Positions 56,486 to 64,000 of a stretch of DNA of 64,000 nt are shown here, one piece after another (the stretch's first letter is position 1; each line of letters begins with the position of its first letter). Where the stretch lies: the NCBI GenBank assembly GCA_963825135.1, contig CAWGRW010000009.1, positions 480,001 through 544,000 on the forward strand, in the 5' to 3' direction. The translations under genes were made by a program, and so were the position numbers. The notes below the pieces were generated by a model. The model saw only the letters and a list, made by a program, of their open reading frames with translations. It had not been told where the DNA came from and did no database searches. This DNA comes from an uncultured bacterium (GTDB lineage: Bacteria; Desulfobacterota_D; UBA1144; Nemesobacterales; UBA2774).

Positions 56486-58540
56486 CTATTCGGGGCCGCG
56501 GTTCTCAAGGTGAGCGGAGACAGCTTCCCACCTGTCGTATAATTTCTTTAATTCACCGTTCAGGCGGCTGAACTCCTTTGAGGCTTCGGCCGAGCGGCTG
56601 CCGTCCGTGAAGTTTTCCGGGTCCGCCAGGAATGTTTCGACGTCGGATATGTTCGCCTCGATACCGTGGATCCTCCGTTCGAGCTCCGTCAGGGCCGACC
56701 TGAGCTGCTTTAACGAAAGCTCGTCCCAGTTCTCCATATTCTCGATGCCGCGCTCGACGAGCTCCCTGTAAAGCCGGTTACGCCTCTCGGCCTCGATCCT
56801 CTTGGATTCACTCGTTTCCGAAATTCCGACTTGCGCCCGGTCGTAGCCAGTATGCTTTCCGTTCTTTCCCGAGGCGCTACCCCGGACGTTGTCCGAGGCC
56901 TCCTCGGACTCTTTGAGACTCTGGTGGTATCTGTACTCCGAATACGTACCCGGATACGTGACGATCCGGCCGCTCGATGCGTACCAGATCTTGTTCGTTA
57001 CCCTGTCGAGGAAGTGCCTGTCGTGACTCACGACGAGGAAAGTCCCTTTATACTGCCTGAGGGCCTCTATGAGCACGTTTCTCGACTGTATGTCCAGGTG
57101 GTTCGTGGGTTCGTCGAGAACCAGGAAGTTCCTGGGAGAGAGGAGCGTTTTGGCGAGCGCGACGCGGCTCTTCTCCCCTCCCGATAATACCGACACTTTT
57201 TTATATACGTCCCCTTCGGAGAACAGGAACGCGCCGAGAAGAGACCTGATTTGGGTCACATTACGCGCTTCCGCCACAGACTCGAGCTCCTCTATTATCG
57301 TATTGGAAGGATCGAGAGATTCGGCGAGGTGCTGGGCAAAAAAAGTGACGGCCACGTTGTGCCCCTCCTTCCTCTCGCCCTCAAACGTTTCAGCGCCTAT
57401 TATCATCCTCGCGAGAGTGCTCTTTCCCGCCCCGTTCTTCCCGATGAGGGCTATTTTATCCCCCCTCGACACGACAAGCGGCTCCGCGTCCTCAAACACC
57501 CGGACGTCCATCCCGTCCTCGCCCCTGTACGATTTGGAGAACCGGGACAGCTCGAGCACAGTCTTCCCCGACCGCTCGGGCTCCGGAAACTTGAAATGGA
57601 TGGCGGGGTCCTCAGCGGGAGGCGGAGGTATCCTCTCGAGCTTCTCCAGAGCCTTTATACGGCTCTGGGCCTGTTTCGCTTTCGTGCTCTTATACCTGAA
57701 CCTCTCGATGAACCGCTCTGTATCTTTTATTTTCCTCTGCTGGTTGTCGTATGCGGATTTATGGATAGCGAGGCGGGACTTCCTCTCCTTGAGATAATAA
57801 GAGTAATTCCCGGCGTACTCCGTAATCCGGCCCATGCCGAGCTCGGCTATCGTGTCCACCATTCGGTCGAGGAAATACTGGTCGTGCGATACCAGTATCA
57901 CGGTCCCCTTGAAGTCCTGCAGGTATTTCTCAAGCCAGTCGATGCTCTCTATATCCAGGTGGTTGGTAGGCTCGTCGAGAAGAAGGACGTCGGGCTTCAC
58001 CAAAAGGAGCTTGGCCAGGGCTACCCTCATCCTCCATCCTCCCGAGAATGTGCCGAGCGGCCGGGTCAGGTCTTCCGTCTCGAACCCAAGGCCCAGGAGC
58101 AGCTTCTCGGTCTGATACCGGACCGTGTGGGACCCCCTCGCGTTAAGCTCGCTCTGAATCGCATCGAGTCTCAGGAGAAGCCTGCCCCTCTCCACAGGGC
58201 TCTCGTCTCCGAGCCTCCCGAGCCCCTCTCTGACCGATTCCATCTCCCTCTCGAGCTCCTGTATCTCGCGGAACGCGGTCATGCCCTCCTCGACCACGGT
58301 GTTGCCCGATACGGAGTCGCCCACCTCCTGAGGCAGGTAGCCCACCGTTACGCCCGGAGGCACGATTACAGCTCCGCTGTCAGGCTCCGCGAGTCCGGCC
58401 ATGATATTGAGAAGCGTGGTCTTCCCCACGCCGTTAGGACCGAAGAGGCCTATCCTCTTGCGGTCTTTTATGTGCCAGGTGAGATTTTTAAAAATCTCCC
58501 TCGACCCGTATGAGAGGGAAATATCATCGAGCTGAATCAT
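56486..58540 (-). CDS. ABC-F family ATPase
   Basis: Two ABC domains (SGGW, SGGE, DEPTNHLD x2), linker, C-terminal coiled coil, no TM. Confidence 0.95.
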   Translation of the reverse strand: MIQLDDISLSYGSREIFKNLTWHIKDRKRIGLFGPNGVGKTTLLNIMAGLAEPDSGAVIVPPGVTVGYLPQEVGDSVSGNTVVEEGMTAFREIQELEREMESVREGLGRLGDESPVERGRLLLRLDAIQSELNARGSHTVRYQTEKLLLGLGFETEDLTRPLGTFSGGWRMRVALAKLLLVKPDVLLLDEPTNHLDIESIDWLEKYLQDFKGTVILVSHDQYFLDRMVDTIAELGMGRITEYAGNYSYYLKERKSRLAIHKSAYDNQQRKIKDTERFIERFRYKSTKAKQAQSRIKALEKLERIPPPPAEDPAIHFKFPEPERSGKTVLELSRFSKSYRGEDGMDVRVFEDAEPLVVSRGDKIALIGKNGAGKSTLARMIIGAETFEGERKEGHNVAVTFFAQHLAESLDPSNTIIEELESVAEARNVTQIRSLLGAFLFSEGDVYKKVSVLSGGEKSRVALAKTLLSPRNFLVLDEPTNHLDIQSRNVLIEALRQYKGTFLVVSHDRHFLDRVTNKIWYASSGRIVTYPGTYSEYRYHQSLKESEEASDNVRGSASGKNGKHTGYDRAQVGISETSESKRIEAERRNRLYRELVERGIENMENWDELSLKQLRSALTELERRIHGIEANISDVETFLADPENFTDGSRSAEASKEFSRLNGELKKLYDRWEAVSAHLENRGPE

Positions 58541-58577
58541 CGTTTGTTAGTTTCGGAGAAATATCAGAAACCCTTAT

Positions 58578-58928
58578 CTATTCCTTTTTGAAATCGAGCC
58601 TGGTCTTAATATATTCGAAATCGGTCTCGGGGACGAGCGTAAGCGTTTTCTTATCCCCGCTGAATTCATACGAGAAAGTCACCTCGCCCCCTTTGTCGAA
58701 CTTCAGGACGAGAGTTTTGTCGTCGTAGCTGTATTCTCCGTTGAGGTTAAAGGATATGGTGCTCCCAACGACGAATTTGAATGAACGGTCGCTGCCGAAC
58801 TTGAGCTCGGTCATCCCCGCCTTCCACTTCCCGGCAAACGGATTGAAGAGACTCTTTACCGCGTCGCATCCCGAAACCGCGACCGAAATGAAAAGCATGA
58901 GCGCCGCTAACGTCATTACCCTGCGCAT
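58578..58928 (-). CDS. Hypothetical beta-rich lipoprotein
   Basis: Lipobox VSGC; GKW motif. Confidence 0.75.
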   Translation of the reverse strand: MRRVMTLAALMLFISVAVSGCDAVKSLFNPFAGKWKAGMTELKFGSDRSFKFVVGSTISFNLNGEYSYDDKTLVLKFDKGGEVTFSYEFSGDKKTLTLVPETDFEYIKTRLDFKKE

Positions 58929-58964
58929 ATCCGAAACCCTCCTTCCCGCCAATTAACTATCAGT

Positions 58965-59540
58965 TTAACCGACAGACAGCAGCCCGAACATGTAAACCGT
59001 CATATAAGATATACCAAGGGATATGAGCACCGCAAATGTGAATACATATTTATTGAGAAGAGACAGGTAATTGCCGTTCCTCCAAAGAAAGAACGCCCCT
59101 GATAGAATCAGCGCGCCAACGGATATGCCGGCGTAGAAAAGTATGAGGAGGTGGAACACGGCCATCGGGACGGGATAGAGGCCGACCACCGCGCTTGCGG
59201 GAAAGAGAGCCGACAATATCAGCGCGGGCACGAGAATGAAGACAGTTCTCCCGAGCCTGCCGGCCATGCCCGCCCTCCTCTTCCTCGAATCCCCGCGTAA
59301 GGAGACCGCAAATACCAGGGCGCTGAGAAGTACGTGAGCACACAGAAAGATAGGGATAAGCGAAAGGTTGAAAAACGGATGCTCGTATTTTAAAGCGGTC
59401 CCGAAAAATACATAAACTACCGACGCCGCAAGAACCGAAATCAGCATGAAATATAAGCCTTTAAGCATTATCGAGCCCGCTCCGCATCCGGAGATAAGAA
59501 TAATGCAGAAAAGAATCGCCGGCAGAAAAACTTTTTCCAT
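58965..59540 (-). CDS. Polytopic membrane protein
   Basis: 5-6 hydrophobic segments. Confidence 0.7.
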   Translation of the reverse strand: MEKVFLPAILFCIILISGCGAGSIMLKGLYFMLISVLAASVVYVFFGTALKYEHPFFNLSLIPIFLCAHVLLSALVFAVSLRGDSRKRRAGMAGRLGRTVFILVPALILSALFPASAVVGLYPVPMAVFHLLILFYAGISVGALILSGAFFLWRNGNYLSLLNKYVFTFAVLISLGISYMTVYMFGLLSVG

Positions 59541-59621
59541 AGGCTCACGAACGATCTTGCTTTTTTTTGCGGGGACAAATATCTTTAGCTCGAAGCAAGA
59601 TCGGTCATTTCAAGGGAACCC

Positions 59622-60326
59622 ATGAAACGTAATAGACCGGTGATCGGCATCACGACCGACATCAAGGACGGCAATTTTGTAATCGAGGACGCGTACGCGC
59701 GGGCCGTGGCGAAGGCCGGGGGGATTCCGTTCCTCATACCGTCGATACCGGACAATCCGGATCTGCTAAGAGAGGCCGCCGCCGGGCTCGACGGGCTTCT
59801 CCTGCCCGGGTCGAGGGACATGGACCCTAAATTCTATGGCGAGGAGCCCCATCCGAAGCTCCGGCCGATGAGCATTGAAAGAACGGAGACCGAGTTCATA
59901 GTGCTCGGGGAGTCCCGGGAGAGAAAAATCCCTGTTCTCGGCATCTGCGGGGGAATGCAGATGCTTAACGTCTTTTTGGGCGGCTCCCTCTATCAGGACA
60001 TCTCCTCGTTCCTGTCCGACGCGTTACCGCACGAGAAGGGAGCAGTCCACGATATTCTCGCGGAGAGCGGATCGTCCCTTGCCGGCGTGCTCGGAATAAG
60101 GGAATTCCCCGTAAAGAGCTACCACCATCAATCGGTCAAAGAGCTCGGCAGGGGGTTAAGGGTCTCGGCGCGCGCGCCCGACGGAATTGTAGAAGGGATA
60201 GAGTCGCCCGAGCCGCAATATATAATAGGGGTACAATGGCACCCCGAGCGCGAGGATTCCGAAATTTCAGACCGTATATTTAAATCGTTTATCGAAGAAT
60301 GCGGTCACTCAAAAGGGAACGGATAA
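59622..60326 (+). CDS. Gamma-glutamyl-gamma-aminobutyrate hydrolase family (peptidase C26)
   Basis: LGICGGMQ, S.HHQ, VQWHPE triad. Confidence 0.9.
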   Translation: MKRNRPVIGITTDIKDGNFVIEDAYARAVAKAGGIPFLIPSIPDNPDLLREAAAGLDGLLLPGSRDMDPKFYGEEPHPKLRPMSIERTETEFIVLGESRERKIPVLGICGGMQMLNVFLGGSLYQDISSFLSDALPHEKGAVHDILAESGSSLAGVLGIREFPVKSYHHQSVKELGRGLRVSARAPDGIVEGIESPEPQYIIGVQWHPEREDSEISDRIFKSFIEECGHSKGNG

Positions 60327-60336
60327 ACGGCGAGCG

Positions 60337-60808
60337 CTACTTCGAGCCGCTCTGTTTAAGTAGCGTAAGAAACTCTGCAAGAGTTCTCGGCGCATCAGAC
60401 GACGAGCCGACTATGAATCCGGCTATCGCGGCCGTGAGACCCGACTCGAGCGGATACTTGTAAACAAGCTCCAGGGGGTCGGTATTCTAATCCCGCCTGC
60501 GCGGGTTGCGATTTTGTTTTCACTCTCCCCCCCATCCTGTAGCGGCCGGTAAGAAGGAGGGCAATCAGCACAATCCCCGCTGCGAGTATGATCACCGCCG
60601 ACCCGCTTATAAGCGCGGCCTGGTAGGGGGCAAACAGGGTTTCCAGATAGAGGTACAGGGACCACACGAGAAAGCCCAGCCCCAATACGGCTATTACGGA
60701 CGATATGCACAGGACTACCAGCAGTATAAGCAGCCTGAAGAGCATCGACCTGAGAGCGGCGAAATCGGGCTTAACCGAGCTTAAGAGTATGTTAATTATT
60801 TCTTTCAA
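60337..60808 (-). CDS. YqjE/holin-like membrane protein, apparent frameshift near 60485
   Basis: Two TM segments; alternate frame gives DPLELVYKYPLESGLTAAIAGFIVG... to stop 60337; follows a DUF883 gene. Confidence 0.6.
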
Positions 60809-60819
60809 ATCGCCTGAAC

Positions 60820-61113
60820 CTACCTGCGGTCAACAATTTTTCCAAGGACAAGCCCCGCCAGAAACGCGATAAGGAGGCTCATCAAAGGCTTTTCCTGGAT
60901 TTTACGCTCAACCGTCTCAACCGTCTCGCCGCTCCTATCGCGCGCCGAATGGAGGTTCGACATAAATTCGCCCATGACTCTGTCCCTGGCGGTATCCGTC
61001 TCGCTCTTCCCCTTTTCGAGCAAAGACTTGGCCAGCTGCGACAGATCGGCCCTTAACCTCGTAACGTCCTCCCGGAGCGTTTCCAAATCCTGACCCAGTT
61101 TTTCCTGACTCAT
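60820..61113 (-). CDS. DUF883 (ElaB/YqjD) family protein
   Basis: Coiled coil plus C-terminal KPLMSLLIAFLAGLVLG..RR anchor. Confidence 0.85.
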   Translation of the reverse strand: MSQEKLGQDLETLREDVTRLRADLSQLAKSLLEKGKSETDTARDRVMGEFMSNLHSARDRSGETVETVERKIQEKPLMSLLIAFLAGLVLGKIVDRR

Positions 61114-61247
61114 ATGTGTCACCTTCCCATACAGATTTATTAATAATAATAACACCTTTGAGTGCAAATCTAAACTAATATTTTGCCGCCGGATGGGTTT
61201 CTGAAGAGACTATCGGCTAGTTTGTAAATGAGTAAGGCGGGTTATAT

Positions 61248-62102
61248 CTATTTTTCGGCGCTGTATCCGGAGATGACGGCAAGCCGCTCAAGGGGCATGG
61301 CGCCCTCGTAGAACTTTCCGCCTATTTCCCATGTGGGGTAATTCTCTATAGCCTTGGCGAAACATAGGGACGGATTCGCGTTTTTCCCGGACGGATTACA
61401 TTCGACGTATTTGATATATTTAAACGCATCGCCGAACATCTTTTTCTGCAGATTACAATGAGGGCATTTGAACGAGCCGTACATCACCGCGCCGTGTTCC
61501 CCCATATACACTGCGAGCCCGGTTTGAAAGGAGTCGGAGGGCTCTGAAAGGCCGGACGCCGTACCTGACGGTTCACCGAATTTCTCAGCCTGAACCAATG
61601 CGGCGCCGAGTATTACGGTGGCGGCGACGGCAAGGCTCAGCACCATAATATAAGACGCCGACAATTTCGGGTGATACTCGGATTTTGCCGTAATGAGGGC
61701 TATAAAAATTATCGTCATCAGGACCGCGGAGACGATGCAGTACATGCAGACCGCTTTTATGACGAAAAATTCGATGTACGTGAGGTATGCGGAGAATACG
61801 AACCCGGCCAGAGCCAGAATATACAGCAGAAGCCACTTCGTCCGGTTTTTGATTGTTATCAGGGAAACCGCGAATATAACTGAGTAGCCCACGACCCCCA
61901 AGGCGGCGACGGGGATGCCGAAGATGGTGGAGAAACCGCTCTGCCTCACCGTATCGCAATCCGTCCCCGAGGGGCAGAAGACTGCATGGGACTGAGTAAT
62001 GTGCAGGTACGCGAGATAGAGAGACAATATCATACCCACGGCGGCGAGCGCCGATATAGCGGGTTTTATACGACTACTCTTGTGTTTGCTGTCGGAACTC
62101 AT
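61248..62102 (-). CDS. Vitamin K epoxide reductase-thioredoxin fusion
   Basis: VKOR loop Cys pair and CMYC; thioredoxin CPHC, YVEC, YPTW. Confidence 0.9.
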   Translation of the reverse strand: MSSDSKHKSSRIKPAISALAAVGMILSLYLAYLHITQSHAVFCPSGTDCDTVRQSGFSTIFGIPVAALGVVGYSVIFAVSLITIKNRTKWLLLYILALAGFVFSAYLTYIEFFVIKAVCMYCIVSAVLMTIIFIALITAKSEYHPKLSASYIMVLSLAVAATVILGAALVQAEKFGEPSGTASGLSEPSDSFQTGLAVYMGEHGAVMYGSFKCPHCNLQKKMFGDAFKYIKYVECNPSGKNANPSLCFAKAIENYPTWEIGGKFYEGAMPLERLAVISGYSAEK

Positions 62103-62186
62103 AAGAGCTAAATTATAACTACCGGATTTAAGAATTCATACCCGAATAATCTAAAACTTCCGCCGACCCGCCGGTTGACCGTCACA

Positions 62187-64000
62187 TCAATTCTCATAAA
62201 ATTTATTGCCGCCGACCGCGGTGTTTTTCAGGATGACGGGAGGAGTATACCTGGTGCCGTATCTCACGCTGAGGTTGTGGAGTTTTTTCAATACCTCGCC
62301 GGCCCCGATCGAGTCAACGTACCTGAACGGACCGCCCCTGTAATTCGGGAACCCGAGTCCCAGGAGCGCTCCCACGTCCCCTTCCCTGGCGCTGCCGATG
62401 ACCTCTTCCTGAAGGCACAGCATCGCCTCATTCACCATTGCGAGTACCAGCCTGTCCTGAATGTATTCCTGTGAAACGCTTTCCGAATCGCCCTCTTCCA
62501 GAGACAACAGCTTATTAAGCGACCTGTCCAGCCTTTTTTCATCCCTGCCGTATTTGTAGAACCCTTTGCCGCTCCTGACCCCGGTCCTTCCGTCCTCGAT
62601 CATGCCGTCGAGCATCGAGAGCGGCTTCATCCGCTCCGCCGACTGTTTAAACGCGGCCTGAGAGCCCTTTTGAACGAGATCGATGCCGATTTCATCCATA
62701 GCGCTGAACGGCCCTTCCGGAAACCCGAACTGCGTCATCGCGTCCTCTATTTCCTGAACCCCTATTCCCTCGCTCAGCAGATGGAGAGCTTCATTAAAAT
62801 AGGCGAGCTGTATGCGGGTCGTATAAAAACCGGTCTTATTCTTCACTACGATCGGTATTTTCCCGAGGCTCCTGCCGAATTCAACCATTTCCGCTATGGT
62901 TTCCTGAGACGTATTTTCGGCGACGGCGACCTCCATGAGCTCCGTCTCGTGTATAGACCCCGGGATGCGCATGCCCACGATCCTTTCGGGCCGCCTGGAG
63001 CCGCCGGTGATAAGCGCTACCGGGAGAGCGAAGGAGTTCGAGACGTATATGTGATCCCCTCCCTGGAGCGACTCGACCTCTTTAAGTATCCTGCGTTTTT
63101 CCTCCAGGTCCTCCCCGGAAGACTCTATAATGATGTCGGCCCTTTTGAAACCGCTATAATCGGCCGCCCCGCTTATCAGGTCGAGCTTCCTCTCCGCTCC
63201 GAGCTCGTCCGTTTCGTGTTCTCCCAGCTTGTCCATAAAGAATTCGAAACACGCTTTCAGGTTCTTCGCCGCTGCGTTAACGTCCTTACCCTTTATCCTC
63301 ACTCGAATGCCCTTATCCGCGGCCAGGCAGGCGATACCTGCTCCGTGATTCTCGTCGCCTATAATGGCTATCTTTTCGACTCTCTTTCTGGTCTTATGGC
63401 CCGCCCTCGTGAATCTGCCGTCATTCTTTATCTCGTCTACGGCTATGCTCGATCTGATTAACTGTCTGGAATATCCCGTCACGGCGAGCTCGCCGAAATA
63501 AACGGACTCCGCGTGAAGCCCCCTGTTGAAGCTCGCGACGCCTATCTCAAGGGCCTCGATTGCCATTCTGGAAGCCGTAACGTAAAGCTCGCGGTTTCCC
63601 TTTATCTCCTTTTTCGCCTTATCGAAATACATTTTCCTGGACACCGGGTTTTCTTTTATCAGGGCGTTCGCCATGCCGCTGAAACGAAGACGTCTCGGCT
63701 TGAATTCCTTGTTCGATAAATCGAGCGCGCGTTTCTTGGCGATACCGAGAAGGTACTCCCCGGGGACGACCTCGTCGAGCAGCCCCATCTGCCTCGACCT
63801 TTGAGGGTCGAGCGTCTCTCCCGAGAGGATCATATCGAGGGTCTCTTTCGTGCCTATGAGCCTTGCAAGCTTGAGCATCCCACCGGCGCAGGGAATCAAG
63901 CCCATATCTATCTGGTCGAGACCCAGTACCGTATGCACGTTATTCGCGGCGACCCTGTACTTGCACGATATCGCGAACTCAAGACCGATCCCGAGGCACG
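62187..64000 (-). CDS. FadJ/FadB-like multifunctional beta-oxidation alpha subunit homolog with degenerate active sites (runs off window end)
   Basis: Frame open to 64000 (CLGIGLEFAISCKYRVA); GP..AMDEIG.D, GR.G.RSGKGFY.Y, GLGFP.YRGGPF architecture. Confidence 0.85.
   Translation of the reverse strand, partial: CLGIGLEFAISCKYRVAANNVHTVLGLDQIDMGLIPCAGGMLKLARLIGTKETLDMILSGETLDPQRSRQMGLLDEVVPGEYLLGIAKKRALDLSNKEFKPRRLRFSGMANALIKENPVSRKMYFDKAKKEIKGNRELYVTASRMAIEALEIGVASFNRGLHAESVYFGELAVTGYSRQLIRSSIAVDEIKNDGRFTRAGHKTRKRVEKIAIIGDENHGAGIACLAADKGIRVRIKGKDVNAAAKNLKACFEFFMDKLGEHETDELGAERKLDLISGAADYSGFKRADIIIESSGEDLEEKRRILKEVESLQGGDHIYVSNSFALPVALITGGSRRPERIVGMRIPGSIHETELMEVAVAENTSQETIAEMVEFGRSLGKIPIVVKNKTGFYTTRIQLAYFNEALHLLSEGIGVQEIEDAMTQFGFPEGPFSAMDEIGIDLVQKGSQAAFKQSAERMKPLSMLDGMIEDGRTGVRSGKGFYKYGRDEKRLDRSLNKLLSLEEGDSESVSQEYIQDRLVLAMVNEAMLCLQEEVIGSAREGDVGALLGLGFPNYRGGPFRYVDSIGAGEVLKKLHNLSVRYGTRYTPPVILKNTAVGGNKFYEN

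Overview
Bacterial chromosomal window, mostly housekeeping genes, with a deltaproteobacteria-like gene order. Ca. Dadabacteria / Desulfobacterota is my guess from gene order and cannot be verified here. Core content: carA (3' end), iorAB, nfi, gshB, gatCA, rsmI, rpsB-tsf-pyrH-frr, serS, ffh-rpsP-khpA-rimM-trmD-rplS, atpF'FHAGDC, tatC, serA-hisZ-purA, phoH, purC, htpX and an ABC-F gene. There is one tRNA, tRNA-Ser(TGA). No CRISPR array, rRNA, intact IS or prophage was seen. Points worth following up: (1) a decayed ~1.8 kb island at the tRNA-Ser 3' end, with an 8-bp att-like repeat, apparent serine-recombinase fragments, a DUF2975/YozG pair, a cupin and an unannotated, possibly HEPN-like pseudogene; (2) an uncharacterised 562-aa protein with a cryptic class II aldolase-like Zn domain, between lipid kinase/acyltransferase genes and a phosphatase gene; (3) an uninterrupted FadJ/FadB-like ORF that has lost catalytic residues in both enzyme domains; (4) a degenerate ChaN/EreA-like protein fused to a BamE-like domain; (5) a TrmD-Tm1570-type double SPOUT fusion and an ATP synthase epsilon lacking its C-terminal domain; (6) several single-base frameshifts that look like consensus errors. 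All family assignments come from motif recognition by eye, not database searches.
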